From Octopus sinensis (taxonomy: Eukaryota), in assembly GCF_006345805.1 (NCBI RefSeq), contig NW_021836331.1, positions 1-24,754 of the forward strand: DNA of 24,754 bases, given 5' to 3'. Position 1 is the stretch's first letter. Each line of letters begins with the position of its first letter. Below the pieces are notes generated by a model, which was given only the letters and a program-made list of their open reading frames with translations, was not told the origin of the DNA and ran no database searches. The position numbers and the translations under genes were made by a program. Below are positions 21,826-24,754 of this stretch, piece by piece.

Positions 21826-22750
21826 GCAGATATATATATATAGTTATGCATGTTTGTATACATTATTCTGCATATATATGTATAAATACACATGCATGTA
21901 TGTATACATATATGTATATTTGTATGTATGTATATGTGTATATAAGCATGTCTGTCTGTCTGTATGTATATATGTATGTATGCATGTGTGTAAGCGTGTA
22001 TGTATGTACGTATGTATACATGTGTGTATGTGTATATGAATGTATGTATGTATGTATGCATGTGTGTATGTGTGTGTGAATGTACGTATGCATGTATGTA
22101 TGTGAGTGTGAATGTATGTATGCGTGTATGTTGTTACACATGTAGATCTGACGCTTTTGTCAGCTTTCATCAGCATGTATATAAACTATATTAAGAGTGT
22201 GTATATTCGATATACACATTCATGCATACTTAGACGTATACAGACAGACGCATATATATTTGTATTTGTACGCACCTATTTAGCGATTACATATCTTTCC
22301 ATGCAGACACACATCTCTGTGTGCGCGTGTGCGTGTGTGTGTATATGTATGCATGTAGTATACATATGTATATATGCGTATGTGTATATAAATATACATA
22401 TACATGAATATACATATTACATATACAGCCATTTATATATTATATATATGTGTGTATTTACATATATATATACATGTATGTGTATTTGTATATGCATATA
22501 TATACGTACATATATATGTATTTATATATACATATATATACATACCCACATATACATGCACATATATATTACATATGTGTAAGATTACCTAAATATATAC
22601 ATGGATAATGTATTTATATAAATATATATATATATATATAAATGTGTGTCTATGTATGTATATATGTATATATGTATGTATGTATGTATGTAAGTATGTA
22701 TGTATGTATTTATATGTGTGAGTATGTATGTTTTATACATACACACACCT
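18830..22750. repeat. ~4-kb mosaic of (GA)n, (CA)n, (AT)n, (ATAC)n/(ATGT)n, a polypurine tract (~19960-20265) and (TTA)n (~20665-20817), with short unique spacers
   Basis: Direct reading; it accounts for the overlapping low-complexity ORFs. Confidence 0.85.
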
Positions 22751-22779
22751 ACACACGCAGATTCACACAAACCTACATA

Positions 22780-23160
22780 TAAAAGGAGAGTCTGGCGAAG
22801 AAGAAGAAGAAAAAGAACAGATGGAGGGGGAGTAGGAGGAGTAGGACGAAGTAGAAGAAGAAGAAAAAGAAGAAGAGTAGAAAGTAAAGGGAGATGAGAT
22901 GAGGAGGGGTGGGGGACGATACGATGATGATCAGGTGGAGGAGGGGAGGGGGAGGGGGAGGTGTAAAAGAATACGAAGCGTGGAGTGGAGTGGAGTGGAG
23001 TGGAGTGGAGTGGCGGGTCTCGGTGGGTGGAGGCGCGGGCTGTGCGTGGTGTGTAGAAAGCGTATGATGTAGCGTCGGCGATGGCGACGGAGGGGGAGGG
23101 GGAGGGGGAGAAGGTTGGGTGGTGGTGGTTGGGTGGCGAGGTAAACAGAGGGAGACAAGC
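22780..23160 (+). repeat. Purine/G-rich low-complexity tract including (GAA)n and (TGGAG)n at ~22981-23013
   Basis: Direct reading. Confidence 0.8.
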
Positions 23161-23294
23161 TTTATAATACCCCAAGTCTTTCTTTTTAGTGTCTTCATCA
23201 TTTATTGATGCCATGCCTTTCTTTGCAGACTTTCATTTTTGCTAATGGACAGATGAAACACACAGTTGTGTTAGATTCACTGTTTGTTTAGCAT

Positions 23295-23346
23295 GTTGTT
23301 ATTGTTGCTGCTATTGTTGTTGTTGTTGTTATTGTTGTAGTTGTCG

Positions 23347-23378
<32 letters not shown>

Positions 23379-23635
23379 ATCTTCCAGCTATTGCTATTAT
23401 TATCTTTATTATTCATGCTTTGAGAAATACTATTATTTCGATTATTATTATTATTATTGTTGTTGTTGTTGTTGTTGTTGTTCTTATCATCATCGTCATC
23501 GTCATCATCATCATCATTAGTATCAATACCATTACTATCATCATCATCGTCATCACCACCACCACCACCACCACCACTACCAGCACCGCCAGCACCACCA
23601 CTATCATCACCATTATCGTCGTCATCAGCATCATT

Positions 23636-23672
<37 letters not shown>

Positions 23673-23966
23673 CCACCACCTCCAACACCACCACCACCAC
23701 CACCACTACCAGCTAATCCACCACCACCACTACCAGCTAAGCCACCACCACCACCACCACCATCACCGCCGCCACCACCACCACCGCCACCATTATTATT
23801 GTCGTTGTTGTTGCTGTTGTCGATGCTTTTGCTGTTTTGTTGCGTTATTAGTTTTAGTTTTATCATTATCATCATCATCATCATCATCATTCTGCATTAT
23901 TATCATTGTTGTTATTATCGTTGTTGTTGTTGCCATTCATTGTTTGTTGTTGTTGTTATGATTATT

Positions 23967-23998
<32 letters not shown>

Positions 23999-24069
23999 CA
24001 TCACTATCACAACGTCATTAATATCTTTTATTCTTATTATAATTATTATCATTATTCCTGTTATTATTA

Positions 24070-24103
<34 letters not shown>

Positions 24104-24659
24104 CATTATTATTATTATTATTGCAAATGTTATCATTATCATATCGTCATTATCATTACTGTTGTTTTAATAATAAATTTGAGCATCATCATCATCATCA
24201 TCATTATCATCATCATCATCATCATAAATATAAACACCCTCCCCCTTACTCTCCTTCCTTTCTCTCCGCCTCTTCTTCCTCGCTTACTCTTATTACCCGT
24301 TCACTTTTCCGTCATCATCATCATCACCATAATCTATTACAATCATTTTTAATTATTATCATTATTGTTTATTATTGTCGTCGTTGTTGTTGTTGCTGGT
24401 GATGTTGTTGTTATTATTATATGTAGATTATATGATTATTAACATTGTTGCCATTGCTACTGCTACTAGTGTGATGATAATGATAATGATGATGATGATG
24501 ATGATAGTGATGATGATGATGACGACGATGACGACGACGATTCATTATGAGTTACACAACTGTAAGTAGTAGTAGTATTAATAGTAGTAGTATTATGAGT
24601 AGTAGTAGTAGTATTAGTATAGTAGTAAGCAGTAGTAGTTTAGTAGTAGTAGCAGCAGC

Positions 24660-24699
<40 letters not shown>

Positions 24700-24754
24700 C
24701 TGTTTTTTGTAAGTGTTATTAATAGTGGTATTTTTGTTGACGCCATCATCATCA
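23295..24754. repeat. ~1.45-kb mosaic of triplet microsatellites (TTG, TTA, TCA, CCA, GAT, TAG)
   Basis: Direct reading. Confidence 0.92.

Noticed and set aside
22130-22175. Minus-strand CUGAUGA followed by a ctgac/gtcag hairpin
   Set aside because: The GAAA box is absent (it reads CUAC) and there is no stem I pairing; at best a very decayed remnant.
22585-23214. 209-aa minus-strand ORF starting MASINDEDTKKK
   Set aside because: After ~25 residues it is only the translation of polypurine/G-rich simple repeats, with no splice or homology evidence.
23288-24170. Gly/Asp/Asn-rich (minus) and Ser/Pro-rich (plus) ORFs resembling structural or biomineral proteins
   Set aside because: Triplet microsatellite mosaics stay open in several frames by construction, and both strands give comparable ORFs. 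Only transcript or proteomic evidence could rescue them.

Overview
Repeat-saturated, non-genic (intronic or intergenic) eukaryotic DNA with no recognisable host-gene exon. The SINE families and the extreme microsatellite density look like an octopus (coleoid cephalopod) genome; that assignment is from recall, not a search. Almost every ORF in the track is a microsatellite translation artefact. Real content: (1) about 18 copies or fragments of tRNA-headed SINEs from about 5 families. (2) A ~190-bp mariner-derived MITE at 10.85-11.04 kb. (3) An ~6.7-kb head-to-tail array (11.7-18.4 kb) inside (AAT)n/(AAC)n microsatellite. It holds three 5'-truncated R4/Dong-clade non-LTR retrotransposon copies of two subfamilies (RT, CCHC knuckle, restriction-like endonuclease) and two copies of an unexplained ~550-bp non-coding element with fixed ends. 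(4) The least expected signal: three sequence-unrelated type I hammerhead-ribozyme-like folds within 1.3 kb. They lie at 2480-2591 (+), 2985-3049 (-) and 3777-3812 (-). The first two have a long stem I with an internal loop, and each carries at least one catalytic-core substitution.
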